Origin: Hydrurus foetidus
Lineage: Eukaryota
Direction of reading: 5' to 3'
Assembly: GCA_900617105.1 (NCBI GenBank)
Contig: UYFQ01000104.1
Coordinates: forward strand, 1-64,000
Length of the DNA: 64,000 nt
The position numbers were made by a program, and so were the translations under genes. Below the pieces are notes generated by a model. It was given only the letters and a program-made list of their open reading frames with translations, did not search any database and had not been told where the DNA came from. This document shows positions 1-11,801 of the stretch, piece after piece (positions within the stretch are counted from its first letter, which is position 1; each line of letters opens with the position of its first letter).

Positions 1-1260
1 TCTCGTCACTGGGAAGGTCTGTTTGGGGATACTTGCCCCTGGCTTTGGTCCGGTTCTTGTCCGTGACTGGAGCGGATCCAGGTGGGGCAGGAGGATGTGT
101 TTTGCCAGAGGGAAGTGTCGCTGCCGGTGGCTTAGCAGGAGCATGATAGTACTTGCACTTGTTACCGAGAAGGCAGGTACCAGCGAGGAACTTGCTGCAG
201 GCTTCAGGGGTAGTGGACAAGGCAGCTATCTTGACCGGCTTGTCTTGGAGGAGGGCATACTCAGAATAGACAACAGCTCTCTCCAAAGTTTGGTGATAGG
301 TGAGCATGTTGCTATGGCAGGACATAAAGTAGGATTTTGTGTTGGGGCGGTGGTCATTCATGAAGGCATTGTGAAGGAATTGAAGGCTCTCCTGCTCTGT
401 GCTCGGTCTGACCTGGGCGTACTCGAATTCTGTCATCAACGTTGTAAACTTCACTAAATCCTCTTGAAAACAAGTAGCCGTGGAGCCCTTGAAGTTCTGT
501 AGAAGCCGCCGGAGTCGGTTGATGTCTGCTTCAGTATGTCCGTAGTAGTGTTTGTGCATACGTTTATTAATAGCGATCCCATCGCGAGAGGTAAAGGAAT
601 CGGCACATAGATAGTGGATAGACTCGCTGAAAGCGTTCAACATGACGTTGTATAAACGTTTCTTGTCGTGGGCCCATCGTGTGACATCGTCGGCAGGGAC
701 ATAGTTGAATGTTCCGTCAAGATTCTCCGACGTTGTAGGCTCCGAATATCCTGATGGGTTGTGCCTCGTTGGGATTGGCTCGCGACGCGTGCCCATCGCC
801 ATTGGGTAGAGTCCAACGACGTGGAGCATGTTGTCGAGAGCTTTGAACCGCTTGTTAGATCCCACAGTCGTTGTGGAGATCTGATTTTGCTTGATGCTAT
901 CCACTTCGGAAGAGGTCGTCAGAACGAGATCGAGTTTTAGCCGTTTCCAAGGGATTCCAAGGCGGCATTATATGATATCCCAGTTGCTGAAACTTCTGCC
1001 GAAGTTTGGCGTGGCTTCCTCTGCATGGGAGCCTCATCGAGGTCGGTTTGGTGTGGAGAGATTTTGCCGATTTGCCGTCGAGCTGGTGACCAAATTTTGA
1101 GTTTGGGCTCTTATGGCCTCGGCGACACGTTCATCGAACTCTGCGAGGGTCATGGAGAGCATGCGCGGCAGCTGGGCTCGGCTGGGAGTCTCTAGCCCAG
1201 TTGGGTCATGGTATTCCTCGTTGTTTTGGTCTGTGTTGTCGGACGATCGTAGCATCATGG
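1..1260 (-). pseudogene. Decayed gag-like ORF of an LTR retrotransposon with a CCCH zinc finger; runs off the window edge
   Basis: Minus-strand translation gives MMLRSSDNTDQ..., then stops/frameshifts, a helical gag-like stretch (DKKRLYNVMLNAF...HYYGHTEADINRLRRLLQNF) and CSKFLAGTCLLGNKCKYYH (C-x7-C-x5-C-x3-H, 143-199). It lies just downstream of a candidate LTR and PBS. Confidence 0.6.
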
Positions 1261-1340
1261 CCGACTTGAGATATCTGTTGGGATGAGATACCGTTGATAT
1301 ATTGATACTATATCGATGATTGCTGAACTTTCTATGCAAT

Positions 1341-1348
1341 CGCTACCA
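1341..1348 (-). promoter_or_regulatory. Candidate primer-binding site TGGTAGCG
   Basis: Starts with TGG two nt after the inferred LTR end (...ACTCA-CA-TGGTAGCG); resembles initiator-Met tRNA PBSs. Confidence 0.5.
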
Positions 1349-1350
1349 TG

Positions 1351-1938
1351 TGAGTCAGACTGTGGAGTGAAGCGAGCTACCTGTTGGCTGCGGAAGCGCA
1401 AAGGAAAGACTGGCTGATGGAAGTGGTCTCGGAAGACGTGTTTACTTACAACGATCAAGTAGTAAAACAACTGGCGATGATATCAGAGAAGACAACCATC
1501 AAAGAAGCAAAGCAAAGCATCCATAGTGCATGAAATGGTGATCGCCGAAGTGGAAATATATTCAGCGAATATTCAAGTTGGCGATTGAGCAATGGGCGGA
1601 ACCCTCGCTGCTCATGAAATCGGATGCTTGGTGGAAACCGGATACCTGGTGGAAATCCGGATGCTTGGTGGTGAAAAACCGGATGCTTGGTGATGGCCCC
1701 GAAGGGGGATATCGCTAGAAGAACGATGAGCGTATGTACACAACAGTGTATGGCGGTGTTTTGGGTGAGGAAGCGCTACACTACTTGTGACATGTGAATG
1801 CTAATCTACAGTTGAAACTATGCTAACAGATCATGCATGAATATGCTGGACTGACAGTTGTTTCTGTTCTTCGAGGAAGATTATGTTAGCCAAAGGGAAA
1901 AGCGTAGGTAGAAGAATTTAAATAGAAGGAAATACTCA
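1351..1938 (-). mobile_element. Putative 5' LTR (about 588 bp) of the CCCH-gag element
   Basis: Termini TGAGT...ACTCA form a 5-bp inverted repeat, followed by the PBS and gag. Contains an internal tandem repeat. The partner LTR is outside the window. Confidence 0.5.
1617..1693. repeat. About 4 copies of a ~19-bp unit (GAAACCGGATGCTTGGTG-like) inside the putative LTR
   Basis: gaaatcggatgcttggtg / gaaaccggatacctggtg / gaaatccggatgcttggtg / gaaaaaccggatgcttggtg. Confidence 0.85.
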
Positions 1939-4900
1939 CTGATTGGTGAGTAGTTGATTTCTTAGAGCCCTGAATTGCTCGCCTTGTAACGGTTTAGTTA
2001 GAATATCTGCTAACATTTCTTTTGTTGATTTGTATTCGATTTTAATTTCATTCGTTTTTATTCGGTCAGAGAGGAAATAATATCTTATATTTACATGTCT
2101 TGTCTTCTCACTATTCGAGCGACCATTATTTATTAATTGAATTGTTGAATTATTGTCTTGATAAATGATTGCTGGTTCCATTTAATATCCTTGATTTAAC
2201 ATGAAATTCCGGACCCACAATATTTGATTTGCTGAGTCGCTCAACCCGATCAACTCCGATTCTGTGCTTGACTTGGTATTTAATTTTTGGGTGGAACTTT
2301 TACCATAAATCACCCCTTTCCCCAATGATATTATACTCCCCGTATGACTTTTCATATCGCTATGTACGCCATAAGAGGCGTCCACGTATGCATATACTCT
2401 AGTGGGGTCACCAATCTCAAGTTCCAGTCCAAGGTTCTTGGTACCCCGTATGTACTGTACGTTCTAGTTTCTTCAAGTCGTGTTCTTGTGGCTTGGTCAC
2501 TCTTTTCATTAAAAACGACACTTCAGGAAGAATATCTGGTCTTGATCGTTTACTTAGGTATAGTAGTTTTGCTGTAATTGAATGGAAATATTCTTGTGCG
2601 GGTTGAGTCAAAACAGGGTCAGATGATATATCAATAACAGTGAATAAATCTGGTCGTCCCGGTGTCGTAGACACCCCTATAATTGCTTTACAGTCCTCTA
2701 ATAGCTCCTTGACAATCCCCTCCATGGTTATTTTCACTCTCCCTTTGACTCTGAAGTCGAATGTCATACCTATATAATTAAGTAATTTTCCTCGATACTT
2801 GGTTAGTCCAGGGTATAAATTTTCAATTTCGTTAATCACTGTATCAATGTGACTTTCATCACATGTTGTAATCATCATATCATCCACATGAATTATCAAT
2901 GTTGTTTGTTTAGCATTTTTCTCGATTCTATTAAACACACACATGTCATATGAGTTAGCGGTAAAACCCAATTTAGATAAATCATGTGAGATTTTATCAT
3001 ACCAAAGTTTGGCAGATTCAACACAACCATATAAAGCCTTTTTTAATTTGACAATACATGTGCCTTTATCATTAACATATTTGATATGTGATTTATCAAT
3101 AGAAATTAATACATTTGTTAAATATTTATTCAGTCGCATGTACACTGTATGGTTTCCCTCTGAAGGCATATCACTGTTTAAGAATGCGCCAGGAAAGTCG
3201 ATCGTGGCTACTGACCTATTCTCACTGGCTGCGATTGCTGTTATAATGAATACGCTAGTTGTACTAACTGTGGGTGAAGAACCATCATTAGATATACTTC
3301 TGTCCTGAAGGTGACCTCCTGCCACTAATCTAGATTTTAGCTTATCGAACTTACCGTCTGCAGTGTATTTATCTTTAAGAAACATACTACTTGTTATGAT
3401 GCTCTTTTTCTGTAATGGGTTAAGCGAGTTGATCAGTACTCCCTCCCACACTTCTTTTTCACACATCTGTTTCATTTCCTTTTTAATGGATTCTACTGCT
3501 ATGTCACCTAGTTTACCTATTCCTTCTGATACTGTCATATTAAATGCGTATGTGTTGTCGGTATAACTTAGGTCGTAGGGTATACAACATCCTACTGTTT
3601 GAATATTTCTATTCAATTGCTATCTACCTGCTTGGTGGTTTCTAGGACTACGCCTTAATTGTGGTTGCTCTATTTCAGGTAACTCCTCTATCTCTGTTAT
3701 CTCACTATCTTGTATTGTTATATCGTCACTTGTATCGACTTCGTTTCCATATAAAGATTCATCATCTATCTCTGTATCGTCATACATAACAGAATCTGAG
3801 TCTACCTCATCATTCACTTCATCAAATACATCTTCTATAACATCTACAGTATCTTCTGGTATTGCATCTAATAATATAGGGTCAGCATCAAAGTATGTCT
3901 CATCTGGAATATCGTAATTCTCATCTAATTCTAGGTTTGACGCGCTATTTATTCTTTTTCTATTACTCTGATAAATGACATCGTCATCGTAATCTAGTTC
4001 ATCATCTGGTATTAGTCTCTTATTTTGTTCAAATATAGGTGAACTTATGTTGTTAATTTTGCTAATCTTTCTATCCAATGACCATGAATTTATGTGACTA
4101 ATTACTTCGTCTGGTACTGGTAGATTAGTAGCTTTGGTTCTCTTCACTATCTGTTGGTTACTTAATAACATATAGTACCATGAACCCTCTAAGTTACCTG
4201 CAATCATTAATGCTATAGCTCCAGCTGTTCTAGATTTATTAGAGTTATCTATGCTGTCTGAGTGTACCTGTACATAATCTCCAAAACTATCATTAATTTT
4301 CCTGCCGTATAATTTCTCTCTCGGACTGGAATATTCTAAGGTATTACGCGTGGGTACTAGTACAATTCTATTCACAGCATATCTAACTAACCATCCTTCG
4401 ATTTTTTCCGTTAAGTTATAGGGGAGCGTGTTAATCACTGCTCTCACCTTATCTTTCACTTGTCTGATTTTCCTCTCAACTACAGTTACAGCCTCTCTTG
4501 CACATGTCGTATCTAATACTGTACCTATGGTGGCTAACTTAGTCTCAAATCATACTGTATTAATTGCCCCCTCTCCATCTACTCCAACCATGTCCATATT
4601 ACAACCGTACTTAGTTATGTGTCTTATGTCGCTTTCTAGACTGGTCCACAATGACATGTTATCTCTCTTAGCTAGTTTATTTACCATGACGTATTCTAAT
4701 GGTTTTACTACTGCTATCAGGAACGGACTATCATTAACAAACATTAAATCTATATACATAATCTGATTTTTGTCTTGTAACTGATCTAGTATAGACTGCT
4801 CATCCTCTATCTGTGCCTTGTGACTGGGTGTTTTCCCTTTCAGGCTGCCTAAGTCAGGTCCCCAGATGTCTAACGCTCTAACTACATCTTGTGCTGTTGT

Positions 4901-6421
4901 GTTACAATTTGCTATTTTACCTTGACTAATTAAGTTAATCAACTGACCTGAACTAGCATATCCTAACTTCCTTTTGTATTCTCTAGCTAACTCGGCTTGT
5001 TTAATATGTCTCTGTGTATACTTTAACATTTTGTCTCTCACTGTCGTTACTAACATTACCTTTGGTTTACTTACCATTGTGTTCAAGTCACATATGTATA
5101 TGTTGCTTGACTTATCTCTTGTAAAATAGTAGCAGCATCCTCTGTCTCTCATTTGTAAAGTATAGCAATCATGTTTTTGAGTGTACAAAACTGATTTGCT
5201 CTTATTCACCATATTGCCAAAGGATAGAATGTTTGCTATACAATTACTATCGTAATATACTGTGCCGAAATCAGTGTCGCCGCACTGTGTTATAACTAGA
5301 GGCTTGCCCTTCGCGTTTACTCCGCTGACTGACAGTGGATTATCGGAATTGTATATGCTATAAAATAAATGCTTATTGTTAAATACTGACTCTCCAGCGT
5401 ATGTATCTAATAGGATGTGATCACTACCAAACATATTACTGTGTGACTTAATGTCTATACTAAATATCTCTGTGTTGAACCTTTCCGTCTTGGTGGTCCT
5501 GAGTCTCTCCAGATACTCATCTAAAATACTAATTTGGTCGTGCTCAAAAAATCTAACTGTTCTTTTCTCAAAACATTTCTATCTGAATCATCATGTAAAG
5601 GATCATGTACGTTACTTACTTTTTTGCCCCTGCTGCTGCTGCTGCTGCTGACTTCCAGGTCGTCTGCGGTGAAGACTTCATCGCTCCATCCTCTTTCCAG
5701 TACTGCACCGGCTTCGCGCAAGCGTAGGAATAGTGTCCTGGCTCTCCACAGTTGTGGCATGTTCCCTTCTTAAAGGGTTTCTTGTTCCCAGGTGAGGTTG
5801 CTGCTGCTGCTACGTAGGCTGATGGTTTAGACTCGGCTTCTCCATTTGATTTATCGTAGCGTAGGAACTTCGCGTTGGGCTCATGTCCTCCTTTGTTTCC
5901 TGCACCTCTTTTCCCAGGTCGCATCACGAAAGCGTTAGCTCTCTCTGCTGCAGCATTCACTCCTCCAGGTTGTCTTTGCTTCGGTATGTATTTTGTCGCC
6001 GATGTGTAGGCATCGCCTAACGACTGAGGCCATGGTTTCACACCGTTTATAAAGAAGTTTTTATGTTCCTCGTACAGGTGATTGAGTCCCATAGTGACCT
6101 TCAATCCCTTCTGCGTCTCTGGCATACTATCCTCTGGTTGGACTCTATCCGCTCTGACGTAAGCTTAGTCGATACCCGAAAAGGTGGATCGAATGCTCTG
6201 GTGGTCGGATGTTCCCATCTTGAGCAGATGATATATCTGCTGCATGTTGAATAGATGGTGCTCCGCTCCAAGTCTTGAGTCTCCAAGATGGGTTGCAAGA
6301 ATGGCTTGCGAAAGCTTTCTTGGTTCTTGCTCGGTCATGGCTTCCTGGCCTATAGTAGTTTCCCTAGCTCGCGTCTTGCTACTTTCTGACATTTGCCAGA
6401 GCATGATGCCAAACAGTTTCG
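1939..6421 (-). mobile_element. Ty1/Copia retrotransposon A (CoDi-like), decayed gag-pol, no LTRs in place
   Basis: Order on the minus strand: gag CCHC (CHNCGEPGHYSYAC), protease (ILLDTYAGESVF), integrase (YIDLMF, GVDGEG), RT (KLKSRLVAGG, KALYGCVESAKLWY, IHVDDM), RNase H (DASYGVH, SSTESE, YQDN, LADILTK). Integrase before RT marks Copia. Many stops and frameshifts. Confidence 0.95.
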
Positions 6422-6593
6422 AAGTCATTCCTACTCTACGCTTGAAGCACAGAGACGATGCACCGGTCCATTCATCGTCGACACGCATATACGCACACAC
6501 ACACACACACACACAAATTAATCCGTACGTCCGTACGAATGCATAAGTACACAGATTGTGTCCGTGTCATAAACTACGATAATATCTCCAACA
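6422..6593 (-). repeat. Truncated 3' LTR of Copia B (first ~172 bp only)
   Basis: Near-identical to 11626-11799, including a (CA)n tract. Begins TGTTGG after the polypurine tract and is fused directly to Copia A gag. Confidence 0.9.
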
Positions 6594-9500
6594 CACCCCT
6601 ATGCCACATCACAATCATTACTATTCACGCATCAATCATATGCTGTTATAATAATCTAAACTACTGTTGTCGTGTCCCAGCCCGTAAGCCCTTGTCTTTC
6701 GCACTTGAATTGTGCACCCTGCAGCGGCTTCGTCAGAAGGTTCGCATACATCTCTCTCGTCCCGAGGTGTCCCCTTGGTCCACCCGCTCTTCGAGCCAGA
6801 AGTATCTGATGGCGATGTGGCGAGTGCGCTCCGCCGCTGACCGCCCTCTCTGGATAAGCGACATGTACGACATGTTATCCTGGTACACTGTCACTGGCCC
6901 GCACGCATGTCCTTGTCCTATGATGAAGTGTCTCAGGTGAAGTGCTTGGTTAGTGGAGTCAGATAATGCAACAAGTTCGGCCTCCGTGCTCGACTTAGTG
7001 ACGCTCTGCTGCTTTGCCGACTTGCTGTGCACCGCACCCCTCATTCCCACCACCACACAGCTCCCTGTGTGTGAACGCCCATCCGGATGCACACCGTATG
7101 CAGCGTCGATGAGAACGCTGACGACGATACCCTTCGTACCAGCCTCGAACACCACACCTCTGTCCTTCGTCTCGTTCACGTATCAGTAGTCGCTCGAGCT
7201 TCGCAAGATCGTCCACACTGCACCTCGTCACGCGTGTCGCCAGGTACGTCACAGCTGTGAGGCAGTCCGGCCTCGCACGCTTCGCCAAGTAGAGCATCTT
7301 CGCCAGTAGCCTGTGGAACTTGACCCGCTGCTCCTCAGTCGCCATGTCACTGTCGTCCCTCACGTCGAACAAACTCGCCGTTGCCGGGGTCCTCGCACCC
7401 CCTATCATTCCGCTATCCCTCAGCATGTCCTCCACATATCCGGTCATCGACACGCGCGCTACACCTGTAGTAGTAAGATCGAACACCATACCGAGATAAT
7501 TTACAATAGGACCATCATTCCTTGTAATATCCCCGTACCTTTTCGTCAGACCGGCTGACACTGACTCAATCATTTTACCATTTGCACTAGTGATCATCAG
7601 ATCATCTACGTGCACTGCGATGGTGCATTGCACCCCATACTCGTCGTGCTTGTTAAACACACACACATGTCATGAGAATTGGGTGAGTATCCCAGATCGG
7701 ACAGGCTTGTCCTCAGGTTCTCATACCACAATGCGGCTGATTCCACACACCCGTATAGTGCCTTGTTCAGTCTCACCACGATGCATCCCTTATGATCTGT
7801 GTATCGCGCGTAGTGGGGTGCTAGTTTGATCATTATGCTCGACATGTTCCTGTCCAACCTCATGTGCACCGCCAGTCCTGTGTCCATATCCGCGTTGAGG
7901 AACACCCCACTGATGTCGATCACTGTGATCGTCCGATTCTCGTGTGCCGCTATGCTGAGTAGCGTGAACACCGAGCTTGTCGCTACCGTTGGTGCTGATA
8001 GGTCGTCGTATAGGTCGCGGTCCTGCTGATTCCCACCTGTGACCAGCCGTGCCTTCAGCTTCTCAAACTCTCCACTGGCCAGGAATTTCTCCTTGACGAA
8101 CATGCTCGACCTGATGATGCGATGCTTCTCCTCTACTGATAGTTCCCTTACGTCTACTGGTCCCCACACCTTCTTGTCGATCATTTGCTTAAGCTCCTTC
8201 TCTATCACACTCAGTGCTGCATCGCCCCTCGTTCTCAGCGCCTCGTTCACCGATATGTTCAGTACGTAGTCTCCCCAGTCTGTACCATCACCATCATAGT
8301 TGCGTATTAGCAGTGCGGTCCCGCTACCGTTCCTGAAAAAGTTCATCACCTCATGTCTACTTACGCTACAGCGGGATATTGATGCGGCCAGCAGTTCCTC
8401 AGCTCGGCCCACTGAATTTCTGGCGTCGCTATACTCGTCCCGCATCTCGCCGGCCGAAGTATAGCTCTCCGGTACACCCCTCTCGTCCAATCCCCCCTCA
8501 GGGTCTCCGATGGGGTCTCGCGGTCCAGCTCGCATCCTATTCTTACTGTCGACTAGATCGTCCATGTCGTTATCATGCTCGTCTGTTCGCACATCTGGTA
8601 TGTCCTCTTCATATAGCTCGATGTCATCATTCGGGTCCAGCTCACCGTCATTCTGATGCAGCTCACCGTCATACCCGTCTACGTTGATCAGCTCGTGATC
8701 GTCTCCACCTACAAGTGGTTCTATCGACGGATCTACGCCGTTGTTCACGATCGGCTCTATCGTGTCTGGTAGACCTTTCGCAGCGTCCCCGTACTGTTCG
8801 TACGATGTTGGCCGTGCGTACAGGTCACCCTTACCCTTCACTCTGACGTCTGCTTGTGCGAGTTCATTCAGTCTCTTTATGACCGAATCAGGCATCGGTA
8901 GCACTCTAAACTGATCCCTGTTCACTAGTCGCCCAGTGCTCAGAGATAGCATCTTCACCGACCCTGTACGGTTCCCAAGCGGGAGCATGACAACACAATC
9001 CTCCGTTCGGCTCTTGAGTCCTGAATCGGTATTAGGAACGGTACACTGCACGTAAAAAGAGCATCTGAAATCTCTCTTACCATCTGGCTTGCTTCCAATG
9101 TATGCTTCGCGTGGGCTCGGGCCCCATTCCCGTAATCCGGCCGGTTCGTAGTTCAGCCTGGATATACAGTACAGTACGAGCATGGCGATACCTACTGTCG
9201 ACAGTGTGAACGGAAGGTAGGTAGTACGCTACATGACATCGCACCCGTTCTCTAATGATTCGAATTTTCCTTTCAATTCTGGCGACGTGGCCGCCGGCTC
9301 CACTTACGTCAACTTCCACTCCAAGCTCGTCGACAAGGCTTTTGAGAGCTCCCTCTCCGTCGCTCATGATCACGGATGTCCGAAAGTTCTGCGCAGCGAG
9401 GACTGCGATGAAGTGGATGATCCCGATCTTTACTTGGGCTGCTGTCCTTGCTAGCTTCTTTATATCTACTGTGTTTAGGCTATAAGCGACAATTAGTCCT

Positions 9501-11456
9501 AGTGGTGTAGATACCCCAACTAGTATCGCTAGTTTGTCGATAAACAGAATGTCGATTGACAACACCTGATCCCTCTGAACTAGTTTCGTGCTGACTGTAA
9601 TATCAGCGATGGCAGTAGCTTTCTTCAATGATTTCCCTTTCATCGAAGCTATATCTTTGCCCCATATCGCATCAGCGACCTGAAAGTCTCTCGCTGTGAC
9701 GTCGAAATTACTCCCGCTGTTCACAATTGACATCGCCTGTTCCACCGTCGGAAAGCCCATCCTAGCTAGCAGCTCACGGGCTCGTCTCGCCTGCTCAATC
9801 TCTCGTTTCGTAAACGACTTCAGATTCTCCTTTACGGTAGTTACCAGCGCTTTCCCGTGCTCGACATCTCGCCAGTCGCATGAGTAGAACCTTCCCTCAC
9901 TTCCCACAACTCGCTTCCTTCCGAATCGGTATATCCTCTTGCTACTCTTCGGTTGAAGGGTAAAGCAATCCCTCAGGTGATCATATCTTATTGACGCTCC
10001 CGAGTCAATCTGCGATGCGAACGACAGGATATTCGCTGGAGCCGCACTGCTGTAGTACACTGTTCCGAACTCCCCGAATTCGCCTTCCCGATCCACGCTC
10101 ACCCCTCCTCCTTGTTGGATGCCGCTTACTCGAATCGTTGATTCCGATTTCCTCAGGTCAGTAAGTAGTTCAGCGTTGTTAAAGATGTTGAGCGAGGCCT
10201 CGTTGTCTAGTAGAACGTCGTATCTCGAGAAGCAACATATCTCGTCTCCAGTGACAAGGGCTATGCCCCATTCGCTTGACTCTCCTTCGTAATCTTCGTC
10301 AGACTCCGCCACTGTCACGTGGACTTTTTCTGATGACGACGATTTCATCTGCGGGCAGTTCCTCGCGTAGTGTCCCATGGTTTCGCATTTGAAACATTCA
10401 ATGTCTGCTAGGCATTTCTTGCCGCCGCCTCCGGCTTTCCCCGCTTTCTTTTCCAGGTCCTTAGCGGCTGTGACGTGGACTCCCTCCTCTGTCACGTACG
10501 CCGCGTTCGCACCCGCTGGTGCTGGTGTGGGTGCGGAGGGAGGGGCTCGGTCATTCCACTCAGAGGAAATGTGGAAGGCTAGTGCGAGTGTGGTGGGGAA
10601 TGCGCCCGGTTTGCGGCGTAGGGCGTCGTGCTTCATGTCGTCCGGTATGACTTTGTACCGTCGAGTGTCGAGTTTCCCGAGGAAGTCCAGCGCTCGCTTG
10701 GACTCGGTCATTTCGGCGATCCCCACGGCCGCATTAGCCGTCACCTGTTCATCGAATCTATTCTTGAAAGTGACGATATGCTCTCTCTCACCTTGCCTCA
10801 TAGAGCCGTACTTACTCTCCTGTTCGTGTTTATTGTACTCTTGCAGCGACTCGTCGCCTCCATACATGTGTGTGAGGTGAGTTCTTCTGATGAGTGTCCA
10901 CAGTAGAACGCAATCCAGAATGTCGTACGCGGTCTTGAAGTCCTGTTCTTCTCTGACCCTGCTCTGTGATTGTAGCGACATGCGCTTCCACATCATAGGG
11001 TGCATTATTTTGAGTTTTTAGGTCTCTCTTCCTCTGGATGTAATCGTCTTCTTTGAATTTCGCTCTCGAGCGTTCCGACACTTTACGTCTCCTTTCGTTC
11101 CTCGCCAGCCTAGCGGTGACGCGAGCAGGTCTCGCAGCGGCATACGCTGCGGCCTCTGGGTCGACTGCTGGTACCGGTTGGCCCTCTGCCGCCTCTTCCT
11201 CTTCTTCAGAGCTGGAGCTTTCCGGCGATGAATCTGCAGGGTAATCCCAGTATGAAACTCTCGGAATCTCATTTCTCACGTTGGTGGTGAAGAACATGCC
11301 CACTATCCCGTATAGTTTGGTCACAACCCTTTCCATGTGCTCTCTCCATTTGATTATATTGTTGTGTTTGCCGTATTGAAGCGTACACTCCTCTGTACTT
11401 TTCAAGGCTTCTGCGGCGAGTTTAGGAGGCATTAGAATGCCTGTGGCAGTCAATTA

Positions 11457-11799
11457 TGTTGATGGATCTTCGGTTTCGGTCACACGTACGGCTCTCGTTG
11501 TACGCTGGTTGAAGATCGCTCGGTCAAGACTCGTGGAATAAGCTTTGTATAAGCAGTGAACGCTTGTTAATTGACTGTACTTCATCCATGCTGAAGTCCC
11601 CGAGTCCCTTTCAACGCAACAACAAAAGTCATTCCTACTCTACGCTTGAAGCACAGAGACGGTGCACCGGTCCATTCATCGTCGACACGCATGTACGCAT
11701 ACACACACACACACACACACAAATTAATCCGCACGTCCGTACGAATGCATAAGTACACAGATTGTGTCCGTGTCATAAACTACGATAATATCTCCAACA
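11457..11799 (-). repeat. 5' LTR of Copia B (343 bp)
   Basis: TGTTG...CAACA termini; one half matches 6422-6593; gag ATG follows about 25 nt later. Confidence 0.85.
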
Positions 11800-11801
11800 T
11801 G

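Larger units (their letters stand above)
6422..11799 (-). mobile_element. Ty1/Copia retrotransposon B (CoDi-like), frameshifted gag-pol, full 5' LTR and truncated 3' LTR
   Basis: gag CFKCETMGHYARNC, PR VLLDNEAS, INT SIDILF/SDGEG/ERKIR, RT KLKARLV/KALYGCVES/VHVDDL, RNase H IDAAYGVH/SSTEAE/YQDN. LTR pair present, with purine tract AGGGGTG before the 3' LTR. Confidence 0.95.
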
